DNA of 64,000 bases, from the NCBI RefSeq assembly GCF_020745735.1, contig NC_083402.1, positions 147,044,527 to 147,108,526 on the forward strand, in the 5' to 3' direction. Numbering within the stretch: the stretch's first letter is position 1; every line of letters starts with the position of its first letter. Source of the stretch: Hemiscyllium ocellatum. Taxonomy: Eukaryota. Both the position numbers and the translations under genes were made by a program. Positions 38,058 through 51,769 of this stretch are shown piece by piece. The notes under the pieces are model-generated. The model made no database searches. It was not told where the DNA came from and saw nothing but the letters and a program-made list of their open reading frames with translations.

Positions 38058-39554
38058 TATTATGAAAGTACACTGATCACAACTGCACAATAGAGAGAAC
38101 ACACAAATCAAAAGTGAGGAACCCAGTTAGAGGAATTATCATTGAGTAAATACTGTATAAAATCAATGCTGAGAAATGTAACTTCAGTGGAGAATCCATT
38201 GTATCCTTGACAAATAGCAGAATTCAATGTATTTCAAATTGAGGTGGCTGCTTATTTATCATTGACAGCACTTTGCACACTTCATTTCCAAAGCACTGTA
38301 CTTTGCTACTTTCACTTTATATATATTTATTTTATAATGCATTCACAATGGTTAAATACCTGTATTTCCTTTATATATCTGTTCTGAAAAATAACTCAAA
38401 AATAACATCAGAACAAATGGCAATTTCGAGAAGGGCATATAATTCAAACTTGAGTGCTTTCTAAAATAAAATTTGATTTAATGTGAAATATGTAATTGAT
38501 ACTCAGTAAAGAAGGGAAGATGCGCAAAAGAATAATTGTTCCACAGACTTGGATGATCAATGTTGTAACTTCTAAAATTTGTTGAATTTCATTCTTCAGT
38601 CATACCTGTGCTTATTTTACCAAGTTGGATGCAGTGGGGGAGAGAGGATTATCAGAAGTTTTCTCCATGAATGAATGAAAATATGCTGAATGGTCTTTAA
38701 TACCATAGCCATCTTCTCATCTTGCACATAATTCCAACCAAATTCTCTTTATTGTGAGTTCTCAGGGACTTATGAACTAATCATAGAATCCCTAATGTGG
38801 AAGCAGGCCATTCAGCCCATCGATCCTCCAAATAGCATCACAGATCTACCCCATCCCTCTAACCCTGCATTTCCCATGGCCAATCCATCTAACCTGCACA
38901 TTTTTGGACCATAGGAGGAAATAGGAACACACGGAGGAAACCCTTCAGTTCAAAAGAGAGCTAAATAAATCTTGGGAGGAAAGATTTTAAAAGCTTTGGG
39001 GCAGTGGGATTAAATGGACACCTATTTCAAGATGTCTCTTACAGTCCTGTACGACATTGTAGGATTTGGTTTACTTTTGGCAAAGCTTCGAGCCAGGTAA
39101 TCTGACAGTGATACAGAGTCACATTTCCTGTCTTCATCACTAAAACAATTGTTCAAGTTTAACAATGTTCAAAACATGCGGGAGGAGAAATGTCAATACT
39201 CTAAAGCATTACTTGTGATAAGTTAATTTAGTTTAGAAAAGAAATGCAAATAGATGAACCGAGGGGGCATGGAAGGAAGATCTGAACTAATTAACAGTTA
39301 ATTTTTAATGGATTAAACCGCATTCCTTTCAAACAATAAAAAGTGCATGGAGTGGGCAGAATCTATTGTAAATTATAATTTTACATTAAAAATTAATGGA
39401 ATTCTAATAAAATCATTAATGGGATGTTGGTCCAATTGTCCGTTACAATGGTAATTAACCTGAAGAGGTTTGTTTTGCAGCATTAGCTGTTTTACTCCAA
39501 CCCACTCAACATAATACCTGGGACACTGAAAAAGCAAGGCTATAAAATGGACTA

Positions 39555-39795
39555 TAAAATAAAACTATTGAGCGGCAGATGCTGGAAATCTGAAACACAA
39601 GCAGAAATTGCTGGAAAATCCCAGCAGATCCGGCAGCATCCATGGAGAGAAACCAGAGCCAACACCCCGGGTCCAATGATCCATCCCCAGAATGTTCTGA
39701 AGAAGTGTCACCAGACCCGAAGTGCGAACCCTGATTTCTCTCCACAGATGCCGCCAGATCTGCCAAGATTCTCCAGCAATTTCAATTTTTTTTTA
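39555..39795. mobile_element. Family C fold-back mini-element with degenerate hammerhead
   Basis: Inverted arms; gttCTGAAGAagtgtcaccagacccGAAgtgcgaac at ~39694-39730. Confidence 0.75.
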
Positions 39796-40099
39796 AGCTG
39801 TACAGCTGATGGATATAAATAAGACTCTTTGGTGTGCATTTGGTACCTAAGAAATAGGGGAAACATTTCTTTAACTGTAATATGCCTTAATTCATGTCAT
39901 AGCAAAATCAACAGCGCTCCAACATTGGTTCATACACCTCACATCCACCTCCACTCAAGTGGAAAAAAAAACTAGTCAACACTTTATGCACTTAGGGAGT
40001 GCAGCACAGACAAAGGTATCCTCTTCCAGAACACACATAAACTAAGGCCTCAACCACCTTCTTCAGTGTACATCAAACAGCCCGCATCATAGTCTGAAA

Positions 40100-40335
40100 A
40101 GAATGGGGCAGTTTTCCTCCAGTGTCCTGATGGATACTTTTTTAATAACGAATATCATTAAGATAGGTGATCTGATCATTACCACATTGCAGTTCCTGAG
40201 AGTTTGCTGTGTACAAATCGGCTGCCATGTTTCTTCACATCACAACAGTGAATACTTCAAAGGAAATAATTAATTGGCTGTAAAGTGCTTTGGGACATCC
40301 TGAGGTTATTAAGGTGCTACAGAAATCCAAGTCTT
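40100..40335 (+). mobile_element. Ancient Deu-domain SINE relic (SacSINE1/AmnSINE1-like) 3' half
   Basis: ttgctgtgtacaaatcggctgccatgtttc..ttggctgtaaagtgctttgggacatcctgagg..aaggtgctacagaaatccaagtc. Confidence 0.65.
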
Positions 40336-41357
40336 GCGCTTTAGAACACTTTGCTAAGTTACAAAGGTTGGAGGATCACAGTTATTAAAAAGACAATAAT
40401 TAGTGGTGTGCACTTTTCAATTTGAACATTTCACATATCCACCATTATATTTCACCAAAGTCTGAGTCATGGCAGCTTTAAGATAGTCATTAAAGGTGCT
40501 CCTCAAGAACTGGATGTGTGCAAAGCAATCATTACTTAGCTTAATATTAGTCACATGGCTGCAAGTTAGTTGTTTAAACCAGCATTGGGAAGTTTAAACA
40601 ACATTACTCCATGCACTGCAGACATAATGGTCTTGTAAACAATAGAAGAAATAATTTGATAAACCTTGCATTTATATTCTACTAGGGAATCACTGAGGTG
40701 GTCAAGCATGCACGAGTATAAAATGCAAGTCTCTTATTATTTAAAGAATGCTTTCTTTCCTACCAACACATCTTCCTGATCTTCTGCTTAAACAGGTATC
40801 TGAAACTGGAAGATCATTACAAACAAGCTGAAAGACTACTAAAATTCATTAGTTTAAGATCACAACTTTAAAAGTGTTTGAGTGGTGTAGAGGACCCTGA
40901 GTGCTTTGCCATATTGCAGCGTGCACTTAATTATGCTCTTTTTTTAATTGCAGCCTACAACGTAGACTGAATTTACATCCTCATATGAAGTTTTGTTCTC
41001 CCAACCCAATCTTAAAATTTCCATAAACATGGCTGCAAAAATATATTAAAAATAACTTCTGCATAGTGTTGTCACAGCAGAACCCTTTCAAAAGTTGTGG
41101 CATCCACATATGCATACACCATCAGCACACCACAATATGGCACCTATAAAGGTACTCAAATTAAATGCTTACAAAAATCAGATTGTCTAGAAACAAAAAG
41201 TTATTGGTCAGTCTTACTGTACAAAATCATCTGGAAATATTCCTATGAAAAGTAACCCAGGACCCAGTGTCCTAAAATTATTAGCATTTAAATATATTTT
41301 TTTTTAAAAATGCCCTTTCCACTGATTTCATACAGTCTCAGCATTTGTGTCCAGTGA

Positions 41358-41705
41358 TTATCGCCCAGCCTTTGCATCTCCAATAGCACCCCAGACATCG
41401 AAGACAAACTCATCAGGAATTGCAAAGTCACCAAGCTCCTTGTCAAGTGCCTGTGCAAACTCATCTGGATTCTTCTTATTCTTGCCAAGGTCAACCATGG
41501 TAGCAGCTAGCTCAGTGTCTCTGATACCCATGTAACTTTCCAGCAGGTCATCCACCTTCTCAATGGCCTTCTCTTCAAATGCTAATGGCTCTTCCTCTAC
41601 AGTGACAGTCCCTTTCGCCTGCAGTCGTAGTGTTCCTTTTCCAGTGCCCACCTGCCCACCTGCCCACCTGAATGCAGATTTGCCTCCTCTGAACTACTGT
41701 CCATC
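41358..41705 (-). pseudogene. gipc1: 5'-truncated processed retrocopy of GIPC1 (C-terminal GH2 domain)
   Basis: [74 protein letters not shown] closely matches the GIPC1 C-terminus; runs without introns across positions interrupted in vertebrate GIPC genes; in-frame TAG at 41694-41696 and a caggtggg tandem triplication upstream. Confidence 0.85.
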
Positions 41706-41724
41706 TATTTTAGAAAATATAAAC

Positions 41725-41890
41725 TGGGCCAGGTCGGAGAGTTCAGAACTAGAAGACATAGGTTTAGGGTGAGTGGGGAAAGATATAAAAGAGACCTACG
41801 GGGCAACTTTTTCACACAGAGGGTGGTACGGGTATGGAATGAGCTGCCAGAGGAAGTTTCCGTGCTGTACATCTCTATGACTATGACTCT
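41725..41890 (+). mobile_element. CR1 3' fragment with (ctatga)n tail
   Basis: Same sequence as ~27125-27245 plus terminal tail. Confidence 0.85.
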
Positions 41891-42734
41891 ATATTTTTCA
41901 AAAAATTTATTTATTTTAGAATAATTTTAAATTGTAAACTGAATTGTGTGGAACATGCAATGATTATAAAATTCTCCATTTGTAACTTCTTTTCGTTACA
42001 TTGTTTTTTGATTGCCAATATTCACCATGTTAACGAGAGTTTGTCTTTCCTGATCAAACATTGCCTCATTGTTAGCTTTAGATTTCAGAACCACTTCAGC
42101 TTTCAACAAATCATAAATTCATCTTCTGAAAGGTAAATAATTGCAGAATGGTTGCTGTTTGAAATTTCTTTTCAAATGTATAAAGATGTAAGACACTGAA
42201 ACATACTTGTAATCATATTAAAAATGTTATGTCTTTGTAAATAAATCATTTTTTTAAATTCCTGTTACTAAGAAGAAAGTTATACTTTATTTCCCTCTGT
42301 CTAATTGCTTTCATATCAACACAATCATTAATAGAATTTTCAACTGTCCTTATTAAATATTATTAATTTGATAATATTACTTGCATTGGCATCATCCATT
42401 CACAACTTCAGTTCACTGTTGTGCAACTCTGCCCTCTTCAGGATCAGTATATTTTCGGTAATTTCCCAGGCAATATCTGGAAGAATAATCTGGAAGAATA
42501 AAAGAAAAGAGAGTATTTTTGGGAGTTCCTTTCCGGCATAGACTTTGTTCATCAACAGTTCTCTTTGCGATATGAAGCAACACTCCCCATCTTCAGTCGG
42601 CATAAATGTGTCTATTTAAAGCCCATAAACTCCGTCTACACTACAACAGTTCTGTAAAAATCTATCATTTCCGGGTGGGCATTCTTGGGTAGTGAAGTTG
42701 TATGTTGAAATTTGTAAACTTGGGTCTGAAGAAT

Positions 42735-42828
42735 TCCTGAACAAGGATTCATGCCCGAAACGTCGATTCTCCTGCTCTTTGGATGCTGCCTGACCTGCTG
42801 CGCTTTTCCAGCAACACGTTTTCAGCTC
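42735..42828 (+). mobile_element. Family A tail fragment, hammerhead partly decayed
   Basis: ttcctgaacaaggattcatgcccgaaacgtcgatt...ttttccagcaacac. Confidence 0.78.
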
Positions 42829-43346
42829 TTTACATTCTGTAATGACATCTAGGCCCTAAAATTATGATGCCATATAACAACTAGCATAGGAATAAAATTG
42901 CACTTGGTTGAACTTCCCTTGTCCAAAATATTCAAAGTTCATCATTCCTTTACTTTATACTAATCGAAAGTACTAAAGTAGTGGAGTGAAGATCTTTGTG
43001 AATAACAGCATGAAGCCTTCATTGCAAGTTATTGTAATATATAAGTGTACTGTTATTAGCGATGAAATTCAATAGCTTGTCAAGAATTGTAATTGTCCCA
43101 CATGCTGTATAGAATAGCTACTGTCTAAAGTTTTGTTTGCATGTCATGCTATCAGAAGTCACATGATTATGGTGACCAGTAGTGTACAAAATATTTATCT
43201 AAACATCCTCCTTTGGTGAAAATGAAACATGAAAGGTGTACACCATCATTTGCTACTATCATTACACTTACAGTCATAAAGAAAATGACCACCCTGGACC
43301 AAAAGCTGTTTGTTCTTCCTCATCTGTTCCAATTTCACTTATTCTT

Positions 43347-43468
43347 CACTTGACAAAGGAGCAGTGTTCCAAAACCTTGTGATTTCAAATAAACCTGTTG
43401 GACTATAACTTTGTGGCATGTGACTTCTAACTTTGCTTCCCCAGTCCAACACCAGCACCTCCACATCA
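43347..43468 (+). mobile_element. Family B tail fragment
   Basis: gacaaaggagcagtgttccaaaaccttgtg..aaataaacctgttggactataac..cagtccaacaccagcacctccacatca. Confidence 0.72.
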
Positions 43469-43919
43469 CACTTATCCTTCCACACAGATGGTTGGATATT
43501 ATGTGGCCTGGTTGGTCTGTTTCTGATAGGATGTAAAACAGATCAGGCGGCTAGTCTGCTATATTCTCACTCACCCCTGATCTCATTCCCATTAACAGAG
43601 GCTGGTTGGCACTAATTTTAAAAAACAGGTCAATTGAGCTTGTTAAAGGCTCAGTTCATTCAAATGTTATCTTGCAAACATGATGATAAAGATGGCTGGG
43701 CAGACAGGTGGGAGTGGACAGTGCAAATCTTTTTTTTCAATTTTTAAAATCTGAAGAAGGAAGGTGGGTGCTGTGTTTGGGGAAGCCCTTTGCTCATCGA
43801 TGGCATTCTGTCAGAATGTCACAGCCTGCCTTCCTACCTGAATGGGCATTAAATCCAAGCCACAAGCTCACTCACCTTGTCTACCTAAGTTGATAAAAAT
43901 TCTGCTCTGACCAATGCCC

Positions 43920-44470
43920 AAGTCATGTTGCAGCTGTATTGAGCTTTGGTGAGGCCACATTTGGAATTATGTGTATAGTTCTGATTGCCACACTATCTGA
44001 AGGATGTGAACTCTTCTGAGAAGGGCGAGAAGTGGTTTACCAAGATGTTCACAGGTTTGGAGGGTATTAACTATGAGGAGAGATTGGATAACTTTGTTTG
44101 TTTTCACTTGATCTTCAGAGATTGAGAGGAGATCTTATAGAGTTTTACAAAATTATGACAGCCGTGAATAAAGTAGACAGTTGGAGTCTTTTTCTTTAAG
44201 GTAAAAGAGGTTAATTTTAAAGGAAACCTGAGAGGCCATTGTTTTACACAGAGGTTGGTAAGTGTCTGGAATGTGATGCCAGAGGAGGTGGTGGAGGTGG
44301 ATGCAATAGCAATGTTTAAAAGGCATCTTGACAGATACATGAATAGGCAGGGAATAGAGGGATACGGACAGCTTAGAGGCAAAAGGGTTTGGATTTAGAA
44401 ACGTAGCCTGTGTCATTGTAGTCTTGATGGACTTAAGGGCCTGTTCTTGTGCTGACCTGTTCTTTGTTCT
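43920..44470 (+). mobile_element. Decayed CR1 3' fragment
   Basis: LVRPHLELCV remnant and CR1 tail. Confidence 0.8.
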
Positions 44471-44901
44471 TTGGATTCCTAAGCTTAGGGGTCCATTGGT
44501 TTTTCTCTTACCTACAGAGTCCATTATGACAATTATGGAGCTCAGGCCCAACCTGGACCATTAGAGCTGTCAGTCAATCCCTTTGCCCACAACGTTCTTT
44601 GAGGATTAGGGTTACAACTGTCTGTGCCCTATAAATTTCTGCCATTTTAATGCCTTTTCTTTAAAGACTTCAGGACTTTTTCATGGCATGCAAGCAATGC
44701 AGGGAAGCATGTGTGGCATCTTACTGGTGGCATTATCGCTACGACATTAAATCCACAATTCCAAGTAACGTTTAGAGAATCAGATTTGAATCCCATCATG
44801 GTAGATGTTGGAATCTGAATTCAATAAAAATCTGGAATTAACAGTCTAACAATGATCATGAAACCACTTTTAATTATTAGAAAAGCCGAACTAGTTCACT
44901 T

Positions 44902-47235
44902 ATAGAACATAGGAAAGTACAGCACAGAACAGGCCCTTTGGCCCACAATGTGGTGCTGAGGATTAATCCTAATATAAAATAAAATTACCTACCCTATGCA
45001 CCCCTCAATTCACTGCTATGCATGTGCATGTCCAGCAGTCGTTTAAATGTCCCCAATGACTCTGCTTCCACAACCACTGCTGGCAATGCATTCCATGCAT
45101 TCACAACTCTCTGTGTAAAGAACCTACCTCTGATGTGGGCGGCACGGTGGCACAGTGGTACAGTGGTTAGCACTGCTGCCTCACAGCGCCAGAGACCAGG
45201 GTTCAATTCCCGCCTCAGACGACTGACTGTGTGGAGTTTGCACGTTCTCCCTGTGTCTGCGTGGATTTCCTCTGGGTGCTCTGGTTTCCTCCCACAGTCC
45301 AAAGATGTGCGGTTCAGGTGAATTGGCCATGCTAAATTGCCCGTAGTGTTAGATAAGGGGTAAATGTATGGGTGGGTTGGGCTTCGGTGGGTTGGGGTGG
45401 ACTTGTTGGGCCGAAGGGCCTGTTTCCACACTGTAAGTAATCTAATGTCTCATCTATACCTTCCCCTTAATATCTTAAAACTGTGACCTCTCGTACCAGT
45501 CAATCCTGCCCTGGGGAAAAGTCTCTGGCTATTGACTCTATCAATGCCTCTCATTACCTTGTACACCTCGATCAGGTCACCTCTCTTCCTCCTTCTCTCC
45601 AGAGAGAAAAATCGGACCTTAGTGAACCTCTCTTTATAAGGCAAGCCCTCCAGTCCAAGCAGCATCCTGCTAAACCTTCTTTGCACCCTCTCCAAAGTCT
45701 CTGTATCTTTCCTATAGTAGAGCGAACAGAACTGGACACAATATTCCAAGTGTGGTCTCACCAGGGACTTGTAGAGCTATAGCAAAACCCCGCGGCTTTT
45801 AAATTCGATCCCCTGTTAATGAAACCATGTACTTTCTTAACAACCCTATCCGCTTGGGTGGCAACTTTGAGGGATCTATGTACTTGAACACCAAGATCCT
45901 TCTGTTCCTCTACACTGCCAAGAATCCTGTCGTTAATCCTATATTCAGCATTCACTTCGATCTTCCAAAATGCACCACCTCGCATTTATCCATCTGCCTT
46001 TTCTCAGCCGAGCTCTGCATCCTGTCTAGGTTGCACTGCAGTCTGAAATAGCCCTCGATGCTATCAACAGCACCTTTGTGTCATCGGCAAATTTACTAAC
46101 CCACCCCTCAACCTCCTCATCTAAGTCATTTATAAAAACTACAAAGAACAGAGGCCTAAGAACAGAGCCCTGGGGAACCCCACTCACCACTAACCTCCAG
46201 GTAGAATACTTTCCATCTACAACCACTCTCTGCCTTCTGTCAGCCAACCAATTCTGAACCCAGATAGCCAAATCTCCCTGTATCCCATAATTCCTGACTT
46301 TATGAATGAGCCTACCATGGGGAACCTTACCAAATGCCTTGCTGAAGTCCACGTACACCACATCCACTGCTCAACCTTTGTCGACCTGTTTTGTAACTTC
46401 ATCAAAGAACTCAATAAGATTAGTTTGGCATGACCTGCCCTTCACAAAGCCATGCTGACTGTCTTTAATCGCTCTATGCTTTTCCAAATAGTCATAAATG
46501 TTATCCCTCAGAATTCTTTCCAAAACTTTGCTGACCACAGATCTAAGACTGACTAGTCTGTAATTGCCAGGAATTTCCCTATTTCCCTTCTTGAAAAGAG
46601 GAACAACATTTGCTTCCCTCCAGTCCTCTGGTATGACTCCCGTGGAGAGTGAGGAAGCAAAGATCTTCGCCAACGGCTTAGCAATCTCTTTTCTCATTTC
46701 CTGGAGCAGCCTGGGATAAACCTGGCCTGGCCCTGCGGACTTTTCAATTTTAATATTTGCCAAAATTTCCAGAACATCAACTTAATCAATCTTGATCTGT
46801 TCAAGCTTGTATCCCAGTTCCTCAAAGTTCTCATTCACAGCAATGTCCCTTTCCTGAGTGAAAACTGAACTAAAAAACTCCTCTATCTGCTCAGACTCCA
46901 CACACAAGTTCCCTACGCTATCCCTGACCAGCCCTACCTTCTCCCTGATCATTCTCTTATTCTCACGTATGAGTAAAATGCCTTTGGGTTCTCCCTAATC
47001 CTTCCTGCCAAGCTTTTTTTGTGCCCCCTCCTGGCTCTCCTTAGTCCATTTCTGAGCTCCTTTCTAGCTAGCCTGTAATCCTCTAAAGCTGTGCTAGATC
47101 CTTGCTTCTTCCACCTTAGGTAAGCTGCTTTCTTCTTTTTGATGAGAAGCTCCTCTGTTCTCGTCATCCAAAACTCCTTAATCTTACCCCTTCTTACCTG
47201 TCTCAGAGGGACAAATTCGTACATCACTCACAAAG
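44902..47235 (-). mobile_element. CR1 LINE ORF2 (RT region to 3' tail), with nested V-SINE
   Basis: IPEDWREANVVPLFKKG..NYRLVSL; YVDFSKAFGKVPH..VPQGSVL..KFADDTK; RPHLEYCVQF. Confidence 0.95.
45136..45447 (+). mobile_element. HE1-like V-SINE, young copy
   Basis: Head, V-domain, tail. Confidence 0.92.
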
Positions 47236-49483
47236 TGCTTCTGTCCTTTGAGAAAGGAAATCTGCCATCCTTATCTGGTCTGGGGTTAGATATGATAATC
47301 CATTTGACTTTTAACTGCTGTTCAGTTGTAGCAGTGGCTGCAAAGTCTCAAGAAGGCAACTCACCAAGGCAACGCTGGACAGGCACTAAATGCTGGTTAA
47401 GGCTGCAACTCCAACTACCCACAACTGAAATTTTACAAAGTTGCTAGTGACTTTTCATCTGTTGTTTTCCTTTAGCTAGTGCACTCCCATCTTTAAGTGC
47501 CCTTGCTGTTTCCTGGATTGAAGCTGTTTTCACCTGGAGTGCTGTTGTGAAGTTGAGCGCTGCTTGATGCTGACCCAGTGCATTTCGTCAAGGAACACAT
47601 GATGGGTATTCAGTTCCTTAGACAGTTAACTTCGCATAAAAAGAACAGCATCGAACCTGCCTCTCCAGCAACTGTGTCAAATGATTAGCTTCACTGGTTG
47701 TATGTAGCTTTCAAGGGTTGTGACAAGTTACTCACTTTTCACTGCCTAAGCCCAAGCTGACAACTTGGTTGCAAGGTTTCAAGTTGCAAAGTGGACTCTC
47801 TTTTGTTGAGCACATTAAATGTTTACACTCTGACTGGCTCAGTAACTCTACTCTGGCAATGATTTGGTAGTTTCAACTGGGTCAGATTTGGCTTTCTGAA
47901 AGTTTACTTTGATTTTCCCTCTTTTCCTACTTCTGGCTAGAATAGTTTTGTCATTGGGAGCATAGTCTGGGTGCAGCATGACATCAGTCACTGGACTTTA
48001 CTATTTTCCATCAATCCAGTTGATAAGCTGCTCCACACAATGATTGCTGTGAATTTATCTGTGCTGAATCTAGCCAATGTTCTTGTGATCCCTTTGGCTG
48101 CTTTCACTGACAGGTCTTGCCTTTCCATTTGCCTGGAGGTATTGGAGAGTTAGTGCATGGTGTATAACTTCCCAATAGTTCACGAAATGTCTGAAACCTT
48201 CACTTATGAAATGAGGCCCATTGCTGCTCATCATAATGTTGAGAATGCCAGAAGTATGCTTTCAGGCATTCTAGTAGCCATTGGTATCAACTGGTCTACC
48301 TCCCAGGAATCTAAATAGCAGTTATTAAAATGGGATTATCAGTGACTGTGAGAGTGAAGAGATTGATTCGAAGTATCATCCATAGTCTGGAGTATCATGA
48401 GTCATGAGCATTTCTTTCTTGCCTTGATGTTTGATGTAAGTATTGCATTGACTAATGTGGTCTTCAATCTCATTGATTGTGATTGACCCATAGAGCATCC
48501 CTTTCCTTCTGCACACTGGACTGGATTGCCTAATGGTTTGTGTGGCTGTGATTCAGCCTTTCTTTGCTCGTCTCTTTTGGGATAATGTCACACATGGATG
48601 TACATTCTTCTTCGATCACAGAAGAAGAATTTGCTTTCATTTGTACTGAATGGCTAGTGATGAAAAGAGTACAATGCAAGAGTACTTTGATGTCACAACA
48701 AAGTAATGTAAGTGAAGTGGGACTTAGAGCAACCCTCATGCAGTGGCAATGCAGTTGTGCCCAGAATCTTCACACAAACTGAACAATGAACAGATTTTGA
48801 AAGACACATCTTTGTATGTCCATTACTCTTACTGTAACATGTATCCTTAATGATTCAGGTCACGTTTGCATCATACCTTCCTATCACGCTGAGCAGTTTG
48901 CATCTCATTCTGTCATTTGTTTGATCTGAACTAGACCCTTGTCTGTCACACTCTGTAATTTTGTTGAGTAAGTGACTTCCAGAACATTTTGTGACCATGC
49001 TTCTTATTGATTCTGGAAGATTTCATACTCTGTAGAAGGACAATCAATTTCCCTTGATGAGAGTGCAGCTCTCAACATTATGTTTCACTTGCGTGTAGTT
49101 CATTCCCAAATGGTCACGTTGTTTGCAAAAGCTCCAGAACAGATTGAATCAATTTGAGAAAGATAGTTTAAAGCATCTTGTGGTCAGATCATATCATCAC
49201 TTTCTCTCTCCCAAACTAATAGTGGTGGAAATAATCACAAATAAAGATAATAGCCAGACACTTGTTTCTCAATCTGTGCATAGTATTGTTTAGTTTGCCT
49301 TAATTCTTCGGGCACAGACACATGAAGATTGCTCTAAGTCTCAATTCACTGACATTATACTGCAGGATGATTTTATCATGACATCATAGAGATTTTGTAT
49401 TGTTGTTGTCATCACTGGTTTATTGATACATATAAAAACTGGTTCTTGTTTTGTGGTCAAATACCAGCATACAGTCTTAGCAG

Positions 49484-50024
49484 GCCGCTTACTTGCGGAA
49501 CGCTTCAGAGAACACCTCTGGGCCGCCCGAACCAACCAACCCAATCACCCCATGGCTCAACACTTTAACTCCCCCTCCCACTCCACCGAGGACATGCAGG
49601 TCCTTGGACTCCTCCACCGGCAGAACACAACTACACGACGGCTGGAGGAGGAGCGCCTCATCTTCCGCCTGGGAACCCTCCAACCACAAGGTATGAATTC
49701 AGATTTCTCCAGCTTCCTCATTTCCCCTCCCCCCACCTTGTCTCAGTCGGTTCCCTCAACTCAGCACAGCCCTCCTAACCTGCAATCCTCTTCCTGACCT
49801 CTCCGCCCCCACCCCACTCCGGCCTATCACCCTCACCTTGACCTCCTTCCACCTATCCCACCTCCATCGCCCCTCCCCCTAGTCCCTCCTCCCTACCTTT
49901 TATCTCAGCCGGCTTGGCTCTCTCTCTCTTATTCCTGATGAAGGGCTTATGCTCGAAACGTCGAATTCTCTATTCCTGAGATGCTGCCTAACCTGCTGTG
50001 CTTTGACCAGCAACACATTTGCAG
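49484..50024 (+). mobile_element. Penelope-like element 3' fragment (GIY-YIG C-terminus + pLTR)
   Basis: LAERFREHLWAARTNQPNHPMAQHFNSPSH..RRLEEERLIFRLGTLQPQGMN; 15-bp TSD atacagtcttagcag at 49469-49483 and 50025-50039. Confidence 0.92.
49931..49966 (+). ncRNA. Minimal type-I hammerhead ribozyme motif, intact
   Basis: attc CTGATGA A GGGC ttat GCTC GAAA CGTC gaat. Confidence 0.83.
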
Positions 50025-51300
50025 ATACAGTCTTAGCAGTTAGCTTGCATTGAGGTTCACATTCTGGTGAAAGAATTGTCCAGCTTATAAATCCTATGAA
50101 CCATTGGCCTGCCTTCTTGTCTGTTGTTTACTGCTTATCTTCTAGAACACACACCTTATTAGGATCTTGGTGAAGTCTTTCAGCTGTCAGCACATGACTT
50201 ACCATCTTGATTTTAGTCATTGCCAGTTGCAGATTTTTCTTACTCAGCTTCATCTGTCAAGCTCTCTCGGGCAGCCTCACTCAATTTCAATCATGATCTG
50301 AAGAGGCTTCTTCCATTGCATCTCCACATGCATAGACAATCAGATTATCCACAGTCACTTCTACTTATGCTAGGTCATTGGCAATCTCATGGTGTCAGTG
50401 TGATTACTCATGCAGTGCAGAAATGCCAGTCAGCATACATGACTATCTGCACCTCTCAAAGGTATTGGAAAACAAGCAAAAAATTGCTGCTTTCATTCAC
50501 CTTAACTTACCATTATTTACCTTTTATCTAGCTGTAGCACCAAGGATAACAAAAGTCCTTGCTTTAACAAATTATGAAAGAAAAGTATTGTCACTGGTTT
50601 GTTAATCCAGAGACCCAAGTAATGTTATCATCATATCATAGGATCCTCACAGTGTGGAAACAGACCATTCAGCCCAATGTTCTGGGAACCAGAGTTAAAA
50701 TCCTACCATGGCGGATAGTAGAACTTGAATTCAATAAAGAATCTGCATTCAAGAGTCTAATGATGACTGTGAATCTATTGTCGGAAAAACCCAACTAATG
50801 TCATAGAATCATTATAGAGTCATAGAATCCCTACAATGGAAATAGGCCATTCAGCCCACCAAGCCCATACCAACCCTCCTTTAGGAAGGGAAACTGTCAT
50901 CTTGTCTGCTCTGGCCTATGCATAACTCCAGACTCACTGGAATGCGGTTAACTCTTAACTGCCTGTGGGCTGTTAGGGATGGGTAATAAATATTGGCCTA
51001 GCCAGTAATGCTCTATCCAACGAATGAATGTAAAACTTCTTCAATGGTTGGCACATGGTAGTGAGATCTCTTTAAAGCTTTGCTTAGATTCTTTGGATCC
51101 AAACACCATCTATTTTCCCAATTTTTTTTTCACTGCTAAAGTTGGTAGCAAATTTCACTTATTGACAGCTCATCGAGCCTTCCCATCTTTCCTTTCACTC
51201 TACATTTGAGAGTAGTTGGAATTCTCTTCAGAATATATTTTAAATAATATTCACCAGGAAAACTCTTGGGAGTTGTGGAGCCTTGGTTGTAATCCGTCAG

Positions 51301-51482
51301 GATCTCAAGCAGCATCCGGGGAGCAGGTAAATCGACGTTTTGGGCAAAAGCTTTTCCTAATTAAAGGCTTTTGCCTGAAACATCGATTTTCCCTCCTTGG
51401 ATGCTGCCTGACCTGCTGTGCTATTCCAACACACACTAATCTAGACTCTGATCTCCAGTATCTGCAGTCCTCACTTTGGCCT
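51301..51482. mobile_element. Family A fold-back mini-element (older)
   Basis: Inverted cgacgttttgggcaaaagc / ggcttttgcctgaaacatcg; flanking atccgtcag/atctgtcag. Confidence 0.7.
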
Positions 51483-51769
51483 ATCTGTCAGTATCTGTTC
51501 AGCAGTTCACCAAAACATAGCAAAGTTGTTACAGTAAGTGTGAGATTAGCTCGCTGTCCAAGCTTTTGACTTGTTTCAGCAGAGGGAAGGGAACTTTGCT
51601 TACTCTTCATTATTTAGATCATCTTCTTTCTCACTGAATTGGACGTACAGCTTAATTTGTTCTCTTAGGTTGTGCATGGTTTTACCAGAAACTCTCAACA
51701 GTTTTATTTTCAGATCACCATATCAGGTAACTTCACACAGATCTGTAATACTCATGATGTGGTATGTTT

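Noticed and set aside
41358-41651. Functional gipc1 terminal exon
   Set aside because: Spans several exons' worth of coding sequence without introns, has an upstream in-frame stop, no other gipc exons are visible, and conserved residues are substituted
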